Shown here in pieces: positions 38,991-48,612 of a DNA stretch of 53,307 nucleotides. The notes beneath the pieces are model-generated. The model saw only the letters and a list, made by a program, of their open reading frames with translations. It searched no databases and was not told the origin of the DNA. Origin of the DNA: Verrucomicrobiales bacterium (GTDB lineage Bacteria; Verrucomicrobiota; Verrucomicrobiia; Verrucomicrobiales; V1-33); the NCBI GenBank assembly GCA_031411295.1, contig JANOAV010000098.1:1-53307 (forward strand), in the 5' to 3' direction. Positions within the stretch are counted from its first letter, which is position 1. The number at the start of each line of letters is the position of its first letter. The position numbers and the translations under genes were made by a program.

Positions 38991-40232
38991 GTGATGAAAA
39001 CAGCACTGATCCTTTCCACCCTCCTCGGCCTCGCTTTTCCTTTACAAGCCAAGCCGCTCAAAGTTTTCATCCTCACAGGCCAATCCAACATGGAAGGCCC
39101 AGCGAACATCCAGACGTTCGACTACATTGGCGAAGATCCCGCCACCGCCCCGCTGCTGAAGCAGATGCGTGACACCGATGGAATACCTACGGTGTGCGAG
39201 GGCGCGTGGATTTCCTATCTGACCGGAGCCGGTGATAAAAATTTCGAACTCAACGGCAAATTAACGGCGGGCTATGGCTCCCTTTATGGTCAGGACACCA
39301 CCAAGCCAGGCGATAAGATTGGCCCCGAGTTCACCTTTGGCCTCACCATGGATGCAGCATTGCATGAGCCGATCCTGATCATCAAGGCCGCTTGGGGTGG
39401 CAAGAGTTTGCACACGGATTTCCGCCCACCCAGTGCGGGACCGTATGAGTTGAGTTCATTTCAGAAGGAAAACTATCCCAAGCAGGAAGGACATGGGATT
39501 CCCAAGGATTTCGCGCAGTGGAAACTCGACAAAGTGAAGGAGACCGGCCATTACTATCAGCTGATGATGGAGCATATCAAAAAGGTGCTAGCCGATGTGA
39601 AGCGAGTCTATCCGCCATACGATGCCGCCCAAGGTTACGAACTCGCAGGCTTTTCCTGGCTCCAGGGCTGGAACGACATGGTTGACGGTCACGTCTATCC
39701 CGGCCACAACAAGCCGGACCGCTTCGCCCTTTATTCGGATTTGCTCGCTCATTTCATTCGTGACGTGCGCCAAGATCTCAAGGCGCCAAAGCTGCCTTTC
39801 GTTATCGGTGTGATGGGTGTCGGCGGAGCCAAAGCCGGGGCTGATGTCGTTGCCTTTCGTGAGGCCATGGCCGCTCCCTCGTTGCTGCCGGAGTTTAAAG
39901 GCACCGTTGCCGCTGTCCCTACTGCTCCCTTCTGGTCTGAGGAACTGGGTGCCATCGCAGATAAACGCGACCAGGTGAACCAAATGCGACACTTCCTAGA
40001 CTCCAAGCTCAAGGACCATCCGAACGCTGATGGCCACATGACCGACGCAGAAAAACAAGAGTATCTGAAATCATTCGAAGCCAAACTCATCTCGCCTGAG
40101 GAGGTTGCTGTCTGGAAACGTGGAGCCTCGAATGCCGGCTACCACTACCTCGGCTGCGCGAAAACTTTCGCCCTCATGGGCAAGGCCTTCGCTGAGGCGA
40201 ACCTGAAGTTGCTAAGGGCACAACACCCGTAA
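38991..40232 (+). CDS. SASA-family acetylesterase
   Basis: TGQSNMEG, IGPEFTFG, KAAWGGKSLHTDFRPPS, WLQGWND, SNAGYHYLG; paralog of 34238-35449. Confidence 0.88.
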   Translation: MMKTALILSTLLGLAFPLQAKPLKVFILTGQSNMEGPANIQTFDYIGEDPATAPLLKQMRDTDGIPTVCEGAWISYLTGAGDKNFELNGKLTAGYGSLYGQDTTKPGDKIGPEFTFGLTMDAALHEPILIIKAAWGGKSLHTDFRPPSAGPYELSSFQKENYPKQEGHGIPKDFAQWKLDKVKETGHYYQLMMEHIKKVLADVKRVYPPYDAAQGYELAGFSWLQGWNDMVDGHVYPGHNKPDRFALYSDLLAHFIRDVRQDLKAPKLPFVIGVMGVGGAKAGADVVAFREAMAAPSLLPEFKGTVAAVPTAPFWSEELGAIADKRDQVNQMRHFLDSKLKDHPNADGHMTDAEKQEYLKSFEAKLISPEEVAVWKRGASNAGYHYLGCAKTFALMGKAFAEANLKLLRAQHP

Positions 40233-40303
40233 TCCTTCTCTTCAAGTTTGTATGGGCTTAAGACACACCTGAGAGACATCCCCATCATCGTTGCTGGCGG
40301 CGG

Positions 40304-40735
40304 CTACGGGCTCACGATCATGGCATCTCCTGGGGCCAAGGCGTTGAAGTGCTTCAGGTTGAGCGTGCGGAGCTTTTTGCATTGAGCATTGCGGGCTCCA
40401 ATGATGTGCAGGGCATCATAGATGGCTCCGCTGGTGCGGTGTTGGCTTACGGTCGTGGCCATGGCTGCTTGGTAGTCTGCGGCGGAGAGTGGGATGACTG
40501 TAAAGTGCGGCAGAATGCTGCTTTCGATGAGGCGCTGGACGTCTTGCGGTAAAAGGCGGGGCTTTAAGGGCAGGGCAGTGAGCGTGGCGAACAACTCGGC
40601 AAGAGCATGGGTGGTGAGATGCGCTTTGATCTTACCTTTGTGAGCGGCTTGCAGGTGAGGAAAGGCCAACGCGTGATGCGGATGCTTTTCCAGCAATGCA
40701 GCCACCAGCGTGGAGGTGTCAAAACAGACGTTCAT
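40304..40735 (-). CDS. vapC: PIN-domain toxin (VapC family)
   Basis: FDTSTLVA, LAELF, IYDALH, TLNLKHF PIN motifs; directly downstream of an AbrB-type gene. Confidence 0.9.
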   Translation of the reverse strand: MNVCFDTSTLVAALLEKHPHHALAFPHLQAAHKGKIKAHLTTHALAELFATLTALPLKPRLLPQDVQRLIESSILPHFTVIPLSAADYQAAMATTVSQHRTSGAIYDALHIIGARNAQCKKLRTLNLKHFNALAPGDAMIVSP

Positions 40736-40740
40736 CGGTC

Positions 40741-41004
40741 CTAGATACCTCCGAGGTCACGGCTGCGCTGATCACGCTGCTTTTCCATGAATGCAGGGAT
40801 ATCCCAGGCAGAGACAGGCACCTCGCTGGAGCAGACCATGACGCCGCTTTCCTCTCCGAGGGCCGCAACGGGATGGATGGGCCGCAGCATCATGCCATCG
40901 GCTTCCAGAGTAATTTCCAGATCATCTCCGGGCTGCAAACCGAAGCGATCTCGCAGGCCCTTAGGCACGACGAGGCGGCTCATTTTGTCGAGTGTGAGTG
41001 TCAT
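40741..41004 (-). CDS. vapB: AbrB/MazE/SpoVT-family antitoxin (VapB)
   Basis: MTLTLDKMSRLVVPKGLRDRFGLQPGDDLEI swapped-hairpin motif; 87 aa from ATG 41004. Confidence 0.88.
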   Translation of the reverse strand: MTLTLDKMSRLVVPKGLRDRFGLQPGDDLEITLEADGMMLRPIHPVAALGEESGVMVCSSEVPVSAWDIPAFMEKQRDQRSRDLGGI

Positions 41005-41010
41005 AAGGGG

Positions 41011-41053
41011 ATTCTTGTCATGAGATTTGCCAATTGTCAATTGGATTGCCAAT
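41011..41053 (-). promoter_or_regulatory. Putative vapBC sigma70 promoter with overlapping palindromic operator
   Basis: Minus strand TTGACA (41035-41040) lies inside the palindrome CCAATTG-N-CAATTGG (41030-41044); AAGAAT -10-like box 18 nt downstream and 6 nt before the ATG. Confidence 0.6.
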
Positions 41054-41653
41054 TTAATCGCTTTGTAGTTTACGGTCCGCTTGCCAGATGACTCCGCCAA
41101 ACCTTGCCAAATAGTATCTTCTAACATCGTGAATCTTTTTTGGCAAATGGCGGCCTGATGCGCGATGCCTAGGATGTCAGTCAGCCACTATGCTAAAGTT
41201 ATCCGATCACGAACATCTGCCGTTGACGCCAAGAAGCATCCACCGTCAATGCGGAGCAGCATTTAGAGGCGGTTAAGCATGGCTCAATTGGTGAAAAAAG
41301 GCAGCGACAAATTCATCGTCATCATCACTCAGGCCCCGGAGAAATCCATCCAGGCGAACGGAGAAGCCTTGATGAAGCTCCTCATGTCGATGAAGGTGAA
41401 CTAAGGTGGGTATGGATTGGCAGGGGACACAAAAGGACGCCCCGTCTGAGGTGGGCCGCGCAGGCCTCTGGGTGCAGTATTTGGTAAGCTGCGGGTTGAA
41501 CCGCACAGGAAACTGTGCCGTCCGTTGCGAGACCATTCGAGTGAATTAGGACTACGGCAGGTTTACAGCCCGATAAATCCCTGCTAAGAGCTGCCGTCGC
41601 AGATCGGGTCATGCTGGGCACGACCTCAGTCGGAAGAAAAAACCTAAAATAAC

Positions 41654-42664
41654 ATGTCAACCTTACGAACCCTCACCTTGCTGGTCCTGACCCCGTTGGC
41701 CTCACTCCACGCTGCCGATGGGACGCCACCGGTTGCCAAAAGCGTGCCTGCGCCAACTCAACCAAAAGCCAGCAACGCTCCCAAGAGCAAAGCGAAGCCC
41801 GCAACTCCGCAAGGGTATGCTCCTACCGTGCCCAAACCCACTGCTTCCGAAGTGCGCTATGGCCCGCATGAACGCAACGTGCTGGATTTCTGGAAAGCAG
41901 ACGCCACCAAACCAACGCCGCTCGTCTTTGTCATTCACGGTGGAGGTTGGGTTAATGGGTCCAAGGAGCGCGTCACCAGTGCCGTGGACGTGGCCGCCTT
42001 GCTCAAGTCTGGCATTTCCGTGGCGGCCATCAACTACCGTTATACCACCATGGCCGCAGACATCGCCCCGCCCGTGAAGGCCCCGATGGAGGATTGCGCC
42101 CGTGCGTTGCAATTCGTGCGCAGCAAGGCGACCGAATGGAATCTGGAAAAAAAGCGCGTCGGTGCGGCAGGCGGGTCGGCTGGAGCTTGTTCCAGTTTGT
42201 GGTTAGCGTTTCATAACGACCTAGCCGATTCCAAGAGCGATGATCCCATTGCACGCGAGTCCACCCGACTGCATTGCGCTGCGGTCACGGCCGCGCAAAC
42301 CTCGCTTGATCCTCAGCAAATGAAGGATTGGACACCCAACAGCACCTATGGGGACCATGCCTTCGGCTTAGGTTCATTTAGTGCGTTCCTCGCTGGTCGG
42401 GATAAGATCCTGCCTTGGATCGCTGAGTATTCTCCCTATGCCTTGGTGAGCGCAGACGATGCCTCGATTTATCTGATCTACCCGGCACCGCCCGCACTGG
42501 GCCAGACGCAAAAGGACCCCACGCACACCGCCAATTTCGGCGTGAAACTCCAGGAACATTGCGCCACTAGCAAGGTTCCCTGCGAGCTGGTTTATCCGGG
42601 CGCACCGAACATCAAACACGCGACTCCCACCGCATATCTGATCGATGCTTTACTGTCGAAATAA
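41654..42664 (+). CDS. Secreted alpha/beta hydrolase (BD-FAE/HSL-like acetyl esterase)
   Basis: Signal peptide; IHGGGW oxyanion motif, INYR, GGSAG nucleophile, PTH. Confidence 0.88.
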   Translation: MSTLRTLTLLVLTPLASLHAADGTPPVAKSVPAPTQPKASNAPKSKAKPATPQGYAPTVPKPTASEVRYGPHERNVLDFWKADATKPTPLVFVIHGGGWVNGSKERVTSAVDVAALLKSGISVAAINYRYTTMAADIAPPVKAPMEDCARALQFVRSKATEWNLEKKRVGAAGGSAGACSSLWLAFHNDLADSKSDDPIARESTRLHCAAVTAAQTSLDPQQMKDWTPNSTYGDHAFGLGSFSAFLAGRDKILPWIAEYSPYALVSADDASIYLIYPAPPALGQTQKDPTHTANFGVKLQEHCATSKVPCELVYPGAPNIKHATPTAYLIDALLSK

Positions 42665-42774
42665 GCAACCATAAAGTGCCGCAAGCGAGCGTGCCCTCGG
42701 AGCCATTCGCTCGGGTTCGTGGATCATGAGAGAGACATAAGCGGATTCCTGGGCGCATCTTTCGGTGATCCTCG

Positions 42775-44109
42775 CTACTTCCCCCACCCTTCACGATAGC
42801 TTGGCTTCACGAGTGCGGTGGCTGCGGGATTATTCAGGAACTCCATGGTTTCGGCGTTCCAAGCGAGGCGTTGGCCGGGGAAATGGAGGGCGATGAGTCC
42901 GAGCAATCCCGTTTCTGCCAAGGGGGCGGCGTAGTTCCAATTGGAGGTCGTCTGCGCGTCGGGCAGGCCGAGGCAGGTTTGCACGAATTTGGTGTAATGC
43001 TCTTGGGGATTGCCAGGGACTAACGTTTGCTTATAGGCTTTGTCCGCAGCGTAGGGCAACAACTGGGGCCGGGCGACGTGAGGCAGCAGCAGCGCGCCAG
43101 TTTCCCCGAGAAACAAAGCTCCGCTGGGTGGCAACTCCCGGCCTGCATCCAGCGGCACGCCTTCGGTGGACGGACGTTTGTCGTTGTCGGACCAAGTTAA
43201 TTTCAGGGTCTTGTCGGCGGTGAATGCGGTGCCGGGAAATTCATAGGTGATTGATTCCCAGGTCGGCCAGACTTCGCGATTCAGCTTCGGGTTCTCGGCC
43301 CATTCCTTGGGGGCTTCGGCCGTGATGCTGATGGGGGCCGTGAGGTCCAGGGCTTTGAAGGGCGTGTCCATGATATGGCAGCAAAAATCCCCCAGCGTGC
43401 CGCCACCAAAGTCTTGCCAGCCTCGCCACTGCACGGGGTGGTAAATGCCGTTTTTGTAAGGTCGGGTGGGAGCCACGCCCAACCATTGATCCCAGAGAAA
43501 CCCTTCGGGAATGGGATCCGCGCCTTCCGGGCGGCCATTGTGATGGAAGGCGGAATTCACCCAGCAGCGCACTTCCTTAATTTTTCCGATGACGCCATCG
43601 CGCACCATTTTCACAGCGGTGCGGTAGGTGCTGTCGCTCTGGATTTGATTGCCCATCTGAGTCACGATGCCAGCTTTCGCGGCGGCTAGTTTCATCTGTC
43701 GGGCTTCGGCCACGGTGTGGGCCAGCGGCTTTTGACAATAGACGTGCTTCTTGCTGGCAATGGCGGCCAGAGCAATGGTGGCGTGCATGTGATCCGGCAG
43801 GGCGATGTTCACGCTGTCGATTTTATCGCCCAGGGCGCTGAGTAGTTCGCGATAGTCTTGGAATTTCCTGGCTCCAGGATGCGCTTCGGCAGCCTTGTGC
43901 AAGTGGCCGGCATCAACATCGCACAGGGCTACCATTTCCACGAGTCCGCTGGCGGCCATCGCCCCCAGATCACTGCCGCCCTGCATGCCTCCGACCCCAA
44001 TGGAAGCGTGCGCCAGACGACGGCTGGGTGGATTGGCCCACACTTTGGATGGGAGGAGGAAAGGGAAGGCCAAGCTGGGCGTGGCTTGCAGGAGGGTGCG
44101 GCGTTTCAT
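42775..44109 (-). CDS. Gfo/Idh/MocA family oxidoreductase with Tat signal
   Basis: MKRRTLLQ, IGVGGMQG, PDHMH, YCQKPL, QMGNQ, WRGWQDFGGGTLGDFCCH. Confidence 0.92.
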   Translation of the reverse strand: MKRRTLLQATPSLAFPFLLPSKVWANPPSRRLAHASIGVGGMQGGSDLGAMAASGLVEMVALCDVDAGHLHKAAEAHPGARKFQDYRELLSALGDKIDSVNIALPDHMHATIALAAIASKKHVYCQKPLAHTVAEARQMKLAAAKAGIVTQMGNQIQSDSTYRTAVKMVRDGVIGKIKEVRCWVNSAFHHNGRPEGADPIPEGFLWDQWLGVAPTRPYKNGIYHPVQWRGWQDFGGGTLGDFCCHIMDTPFKALDLTAPISITAEAPKEWAENPKLNREVWPTWESITYEFPGTAFTADKTLKLTWSDNDKRPSTEGVPLDAGRELPPSGALFLGETGALLLPHVARPQLLPYAADKAYKQTLVPGNPQEHYTKFVQTCLGLPDAQTTSNWNYAAPLAETGLLGLIALHFPGQRLAWNAETMEFLNNPAATALVKPSYREGWGK

Positions 44110-44175
44110 GACTGACATGCTCGTGCATCGGTGGGGGCGAGCACAACCCCGCGTGCGCGGCAGCACAATTAAGCC

Positions 44176-45186
44176 CTAACGCACGTCGAAGGCGTCGCGC
44201 AAGCCGTCGCCTACGAAATTCAGCGCCAGCAGGGTGGTGGTCATCATCACGGAGGGGAAGATCAACAACCACCAGCGGTTCTCCAACGGATTGATGGCCT
44301 GGGCGCCTTCCTTGAGCAGGGCGCCCCAGCTGGGAGCGGGCTCTTCGATGCCGAGGCCGAGGAAGCTGAGGAAACTTTCGTCCAGAATCACGACTGGCAC
44401 CGTGAGCGTGAGATAGGTGAGAATCACGGTCCAGAGGTTGGGCAGGAGATGCTTGCGCATGATGGCCCACGGACCGCGGCCGAGGGCTTTGGCAGCGGTT
44501 ACGAAGAGTTGCTCCTTCAGGACGAGCACTTGGCCCCGCACGATGCGGGCCATGGTAAGCCACTCCATCAGCCCCAGGCAGAGGATCATCAGGACGATGC
44601 GGGAGTAAGGGATGAGGCTGTCCACGCGAGCCTTGATGAAGGTGTGACCGTTGGCATCCGACCACTGACGGAGTTCGTCCAGGCTATTTTGAAAGGGCCG
44701 GTCCAGTGCGGAAATGATGACGAGCATGAAGAGCAAGCGGGGCACCGCGTAGAGCACATCCACCAGCCGCATCAAGACGGCATCCACCTTGCCACCGAGA
44801 TACCCTGCCGTCAGCCCCACGAAGGTTCCGATGAACAAACTGATCCCCGCCGCGCAAAGGCCCACCAGCAAGGAAACGCGACCGCCCTGAACGACACGGG
44901 TGAACAAATCCCGTCCATTGACATCCGTGCCCCAGGGATACTGCATGGCGACCATTTCTTCGCCAATTTTCACCTGACCGCTGCTGCTCGGTGGGAGGAA
45001 GTTGTTCGCTGAAACATCACTGCGGGCCGGGTGGAGCGCCAACGGCAACAGGAAGCTGAACAGGATCATGAAGACTAACACTCCGAGCGCCACCATGGCG
45101 ACGCGATTCCTCCGCAGGCGCTGCCAGCCCGTAGGCGCGGCGGCCGCAGGAGCGACCGGAAGGGCGGTGGTGAGGGAACTAGTCAT
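44176..45186 (-). CDS. oppC: Oligopeptide/dipeptide ABC transporter permease (OppC/DppC)
   Basis: [55 protein letters not shown]. Confidence 0.92.
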   Translation of the reverse strand: MTSSLTTALPVAPAAAAPTGWQRLRRNRVAMVALGVLVFMILFSFLLPLALHPARSDVSANNFLPPSSSGQVKIGEEMVAMQYPWGTDVNGRDLFTRVVQGGRVSLLVGLCAAGISLFIGTFVGLTAGYLGGKVDAVLMRLVDVLYAVPRLLFMLVIISALDRPFQNSLDELRQWSDANGHTFIKARVDSLIPYSRIVLMILCLGLMEWLTMARIVRGQVLVLKEQLFVTAAKALGRGPWAIMRKHLLPNLWTVILTYLTLTVPVVILDESFLSFLGLGIEEPAPSWGALLKEGAQAINPLENRWWLLIFPSVMMTTTLLALNFVGDGLRDAFDVR

Positions 45187-46102
45187 CAGTTAGTCTAACG
45201 CGAGGGTCGAGCAGGCAGAGCGCGAGGTCGGCCAGCAAATTGAAGAGGACGATGAGCACGCAATAAACGATCACCGCTCCGATCAGGAGAAAGCCATCCC
45301 GATTCAGCGTGGCGTTCACGAAATGCTGCCCCATCCCGGGGATGGCGAAGATGCTTTCCACCACCATGGAGCCAGTGAGTAGATAGGCGGCCATGGGCCC
45401 CAGATAGCTTATCACCGGCAGAATGGCGGACTTCAGCGCGTGGCGATAGATCACTTGCTGCTCCGGCAAACCCTTGGCTCGCGCGGTGCGAATGTAGTCC
45501 TTCTGGAGGACTTCCACCATGCTGTTGCGCATGAGTCGGGCGACGTTGGCGCCATAGTAGAGGGCCAAGCAAGTGGCCGGCAGCACGACGTATTTCCAGC
45601 CGAACCAGCCGCCCACGGGAAACCATCCTAACCAGATGGAAAACACCATGACGAGCAGGGATCCCGTGACAAAAGTAGGGGTGGAAATGCACAACATGGC
45701 CAAGGTTTGCGTCCACCGATCCCCGATTTGCTGCTTGCGGGAGGCGGAATAAGCGCCCACCAGAATCCCTCCAGTGGCAGCCAGCAGGAAAGCGATGCTG
45801 CCCAGCTTGAAGGAAATGGGCAGCGCGGCTCCGAGGATTTCCGTGACTTTGAAATTCTGCGCTTTCATGGATTCCCGCATATCCCCGTGGAAGAGATCAC
45901 CCATGTAACTGACGTAATTTTCCCACTTGGTGCCGTCCATTTTGAACTGCTTCAATTTGGCATGGCGGGCTTCTTCAGAAATGTTCCGCTCCGTGTCAAA
46001 CGGACCGCCCGGCACTGCTTGCAGCAGGAAAAACACCGCCGTGATCGCGCAGAAGAGCACGAGCAACATGGAGCCGAGGCGTTTGATCAGGAAGAACAGC
46101 AT
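45179..46102 (-). CDS. oppB: Oligopeptide/dipeptide ABC transporter permease (OppB/DppB)
   Basis: PGGPF, DYIRTARAKGL, HALKSA, VESIFAIPGMG, LDPRV. Confidence 0.92.
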   Translation of the reverse strand: MLFFLIKRLGSMLLVLFCAITAVFFLLQAVPGGPFDTERNISEEARHAKLKQFKMDGTKWENYVSYMGDLFHGDMRESMKAQNFKVTEILGAALPISFKLGSIAFLLAATGGILVGAYSASRKQQIGDRWTQTLAMLCISTPTFVTGSLLVMVFSIWLGWFPVGGWFGWKYVVLPATCLALYYGANVARLMRNSMVEVLQKDYIRTARAKGLPEQQVIYRHALKSAILPVISYLGPMAAYLLTGSMVVESIFAIPGMGQHFVNATLNRDGFLLIGAVIVYCVLIVLFNLLADLALCLLDPRVRLTDD

Positions 46103-46123
46103 AAGCGAGAAGACGCGGCCATC

Positions 46124-47278
46124 CTACCAGCCGGACAGGGCGCGTTGCAAGGCCGCAGTTTCGCGCCACTGGGAACCGTCGCGCTGATCAGAGGAGCTTT
46201 CAAATGGCACCACGCGGATCCGACCTTCGCGCATGGCCACCACGCCGCTGGGAGCCTTGGAATCGACGATGGCGTTCCACGCGGCCTCAGCAAAACGCGC
46301 GGCCAGGATAGCATCCGCCGGGTCCGGCCGACCGCCACGTTGCATGTGACCGAGCACGCTGGGGCGCACTTCCACGTCCGCATCCCCTTCGCCTGTTGGC
46401 TTGGAGGAGAAATATTTGTCGAACTCCTTGGTCAGGGCATAGGCGGGGTAATCCTTGGTGGGCGGATCAAATTTCACGCCTTCTGCGATGAGGATGATGG
46501 TGTGGGTCCGACCGCGTTTCATGGCCGCCTCCACTTCCTGGGCAATGCGCAGGATGCGATCCATCGTCAGCACGCCTTCTTCTGGAATGATGGCGTATTC
46601 CGCACCGGAGGCGATGGCCGCCAACTGCGTGAGCTGTCCGCTGGCACGGCCCATCGTTTCCAGCACCATGACCCGCCGATGACTCCGAGCGGTGTCTTTG
46701 AAATGGTCCACCGCCCAGACCACGGTCGCCACCGCACTGTGCACGCCCAGCGCCATGTCCGTCACTGGCAAATCGTTATCGATCGTGGAGGGAATGCCCA
46801 CCACCTTCAGGCCACCCTCCTCTACCAACGCTTGCGCGCCCGCCAGCGAGCCGTCGCCCCCGCAGACAATGAGATTTTTTACCCCAAGATCCTTGAGCAT
46901 TTTAACCACATCCTGCCGCAGAGTCGGCTCGTTGCGGAATTCTTTGCAGCGCGCGCTGCGCAGCAGGATCCCCCCCGTGACCACGAGCCCGGTTACGCTG
47001 GGATTGGTCATCAAGACCAAGTCTTGATCGTTCCCCAGTAGTCCTTCCTGTCCTCGGCGGTGCAGGATTTGCTCCTGCAGTTGTGCGATGGTGACTTCTC
47101 CGTTGCGCACCCGGTTGGCCGTCCGCACCAGCCCCTTGTATCCGTCAATAATGCCCAACACGGGCAGAGAATATCGATTATTGGCCAAGCGCACGATGGC
47201 CCGTAAGAGGGAATTCATGCCGGGCGCGTCGCCCCCGCTGAATAAGACTGCTGTTAGATTGTCTGGTAGTGATGCCAT
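46124..47278 (-). CDS. pfkA: 6-phosphofructokinase (PfkA family)
   Basis: SGGDAPGMN, GGDGS, TIDND, ETMGR, IPE, AEG, LGHMQRGG. Confidence 0.93.
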   Translation of the reverse strand: MASLPDNLTAVLFSGGDAPGMNSLLRAIVRLANNRYSLPVLGIIDGYKGLVRTANRVRNGEVTIAQLQEQILHRRGQEGLLGNDQDLVLMTNPSVTGLVVTGGILLRSARCKEFRNEPTLRQDVVKMLKDLGVKNLIVCGGDGSLAGAQALVEEGGLKVVGIPSTIDNDLPVTDMALGVHSAVATVVWAVDHFKDTARSHRRVMVLETMGRASGQLTQLAAIASGAEYAIIPEEGVLTMDRILRIAQEVEAAMKRGRTHTIILIAEGVKFDPPTKDYPAYALTKEFDKYFSSKPTGEGDADVEVRPSVLGHMQRGGRPDPADAILAARFAEAAWNAIVDSKAPSGVVAMREGRIRVVPFESSSDQRDGSQWRETAALQRALSGW

Positions 47279-47432
47279 AGGCCTCTGCTTTTAAGCAGGA
47301 ACCGAGAAAGGGAAAGCGAAAATCGCAAGTTGATGGCAAGGAATTCATGATAATGCATGGATCTGGCTTTGGGAGGGCCATGATCGGCTTTATCCATTTC
47401 GCAAATTTATGCAAATCTGGCCCTGGGAGTCA

Positions 47433-47473
47433 CCTCAGGCTGGGCGGAGCCGAGACCCTGCCCAGCGCTGAGG
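47433..47473. terminator. GC-rich hairpin downstream of the Fn3 gene
   Basis: CCTCAG-GCTGGGC...GCCCAGC-G-CTGAGG inverted repeat just after the stop at 47493 (minus strand); no clear U-tract. Confidence 0.35.
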
Positions 47474-47492
47474 GATGTGGGCGGCTTCCTCA

Positions 47493-48251
47493 CTACAGAC
47501 TCCTATGGCTCACTGGATTGCTCCAGTCACTGCTGCCAGTGCTGCCACCGATGGCGCGGACTTGGAATTGGTAGTTTTGGCCGGGGGTTAGGCCGCCGAC
47601 TTTCATGCCTCGCGAATCTGTGTAGAGACCTGCGCTTTGGGGCACGCCCGGAGTGCCCTCGGGGGAGAGGTGGAAGCAGCGGGCTTCGTAGCATTTGGCG
47701 TTGGCGATGGGGGCTACTTTCAGAATTAACTGGCCAGTGGTCCCATTACGAATATCCAGAATCGCAGGCGTCGTCAAGGCGGTGGCAGCCCGGTTCGTGC
47801 TGGCGGCATCGAATCCGCTGGAAAGCAGATTGGCCAGATCATTCCCGTGATGCGGCTGCACGTGGGCGGCCAACTGTCGGAGCAGGCCGATGAGAATCTC
47901 CCGTTTGTTATTCTTATCCGCCGTGTCCTCCGGACCACCCAGGGCCGCAGTGGCCACGGCTTCGGAGAAATTGGTCTGGGCGGTATCCAGTGCGGCCTGA
48001 GTCACTGGCGGCACCAAGGTAGGCGGGGCATCGTAAAGGGCATTCCCATAGAGTTTCTGGGAAACCGCGCTGGCTAATTCGTCGAGCGAATGATCGGGGG
48101 CGTTGGCAAAGCCAAGGAGGACACGGAGCTGAGACATACGTTTGGGTGTGGGTTGCGGCACAAATCCATTCCAGCGGAGCCCGGGCGTATCCCAGCGCAA
48201 CGGCTGGCCATTCGCATCGGTTCCATCCCAGGTAATTGGTATTTGTGCCAT
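47493..48251 (-). CDS. Helical-domain + fibronectin type III domain protein (no signal peptide)
   Basis: C-terminal GLTPGQNYQFQVRAIGGSTGSSDWS Fn3 signature; N-terminal helical region ending LLSSGFD; RWD-like Trp repeats at the N-terminus (alternative start 48137). Confidence 0.82.
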   Translation of the reverse strand: MAQIPITWDGTDANGQPLRWDTPGLRWNGFVPQPTPKRMSQLRVLLGFANAPDHSLDELASAVSQKLYGNALYDAPPTLVPPVTQAALDTAQTNFSEAVATAALGGPEDTADKNNKREILIGLLRQLAAHVQPHHGNDLANLLSSGFDAASTNRAATALTTPAILDIRNGTTGQLILKVAPIANAKCYEARCFHLSPEGTPGVPQSAGLYTDSRGMKVGGLTPGQNYQFQVRAIGGSTGSSDWSNPVSHRSL

Positions 48252-48339
48252 GTGTTTGGTTTTGGGTGAGTGGTTGCAATATTAAAATTGGCTGTAAAAA
48301 CACCCCCATGCGCCTTGTCGCAGCTGATTTTCGGGGCAT

Positions 48340-48612
48340 TTAAGGTTTTATCTGTCGCAGTTAAGGTTTTAAATGCCGCAGTTAAACCTTCATCTGAGAT
48401 GGATAAAATTTTAGCCATCGCATTTAAACTTTTATCCGTGCTGGTTAAAGTTTTAACTATGACACTTAAAAGTTGATCCGCCGCGTTTAAAACCGTAGCC
48501 AAGGCGTTTAAGGTTTTATCTGCCGCAGTTAAACCTTTATCCGTCACAGTTAAGGTTAAATCCGGCGCATTTGAAGTTAAATCTACGGCGGATAAAGTTA
48601 CATCTGCCGCAG
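48340..48612. repeat. Degenerate tandem array of 13 x 21-bp quasi-palindromic units
   Basis: Ungapped 21-nt period, consensus TTAARGTTTTATCTGCCGCAG (e.g. 48340-48360, 48361-48381, 48508-48528, 48529-48549, 48592-48612). Confidence 0.85.

Noticed and set aside
45707..47041. 444-aa plus-strand ORF
   Set aside because: Antisense shadow of pfkA/oppB with no recognisable motifs.
48340..48612. CRISPR array or DGR interpretation of the 21-bp array
   Set aside because: No constant repeat with unique spacers, no cas genes, and no reverse transcriptase or TR/VR pair in the window.
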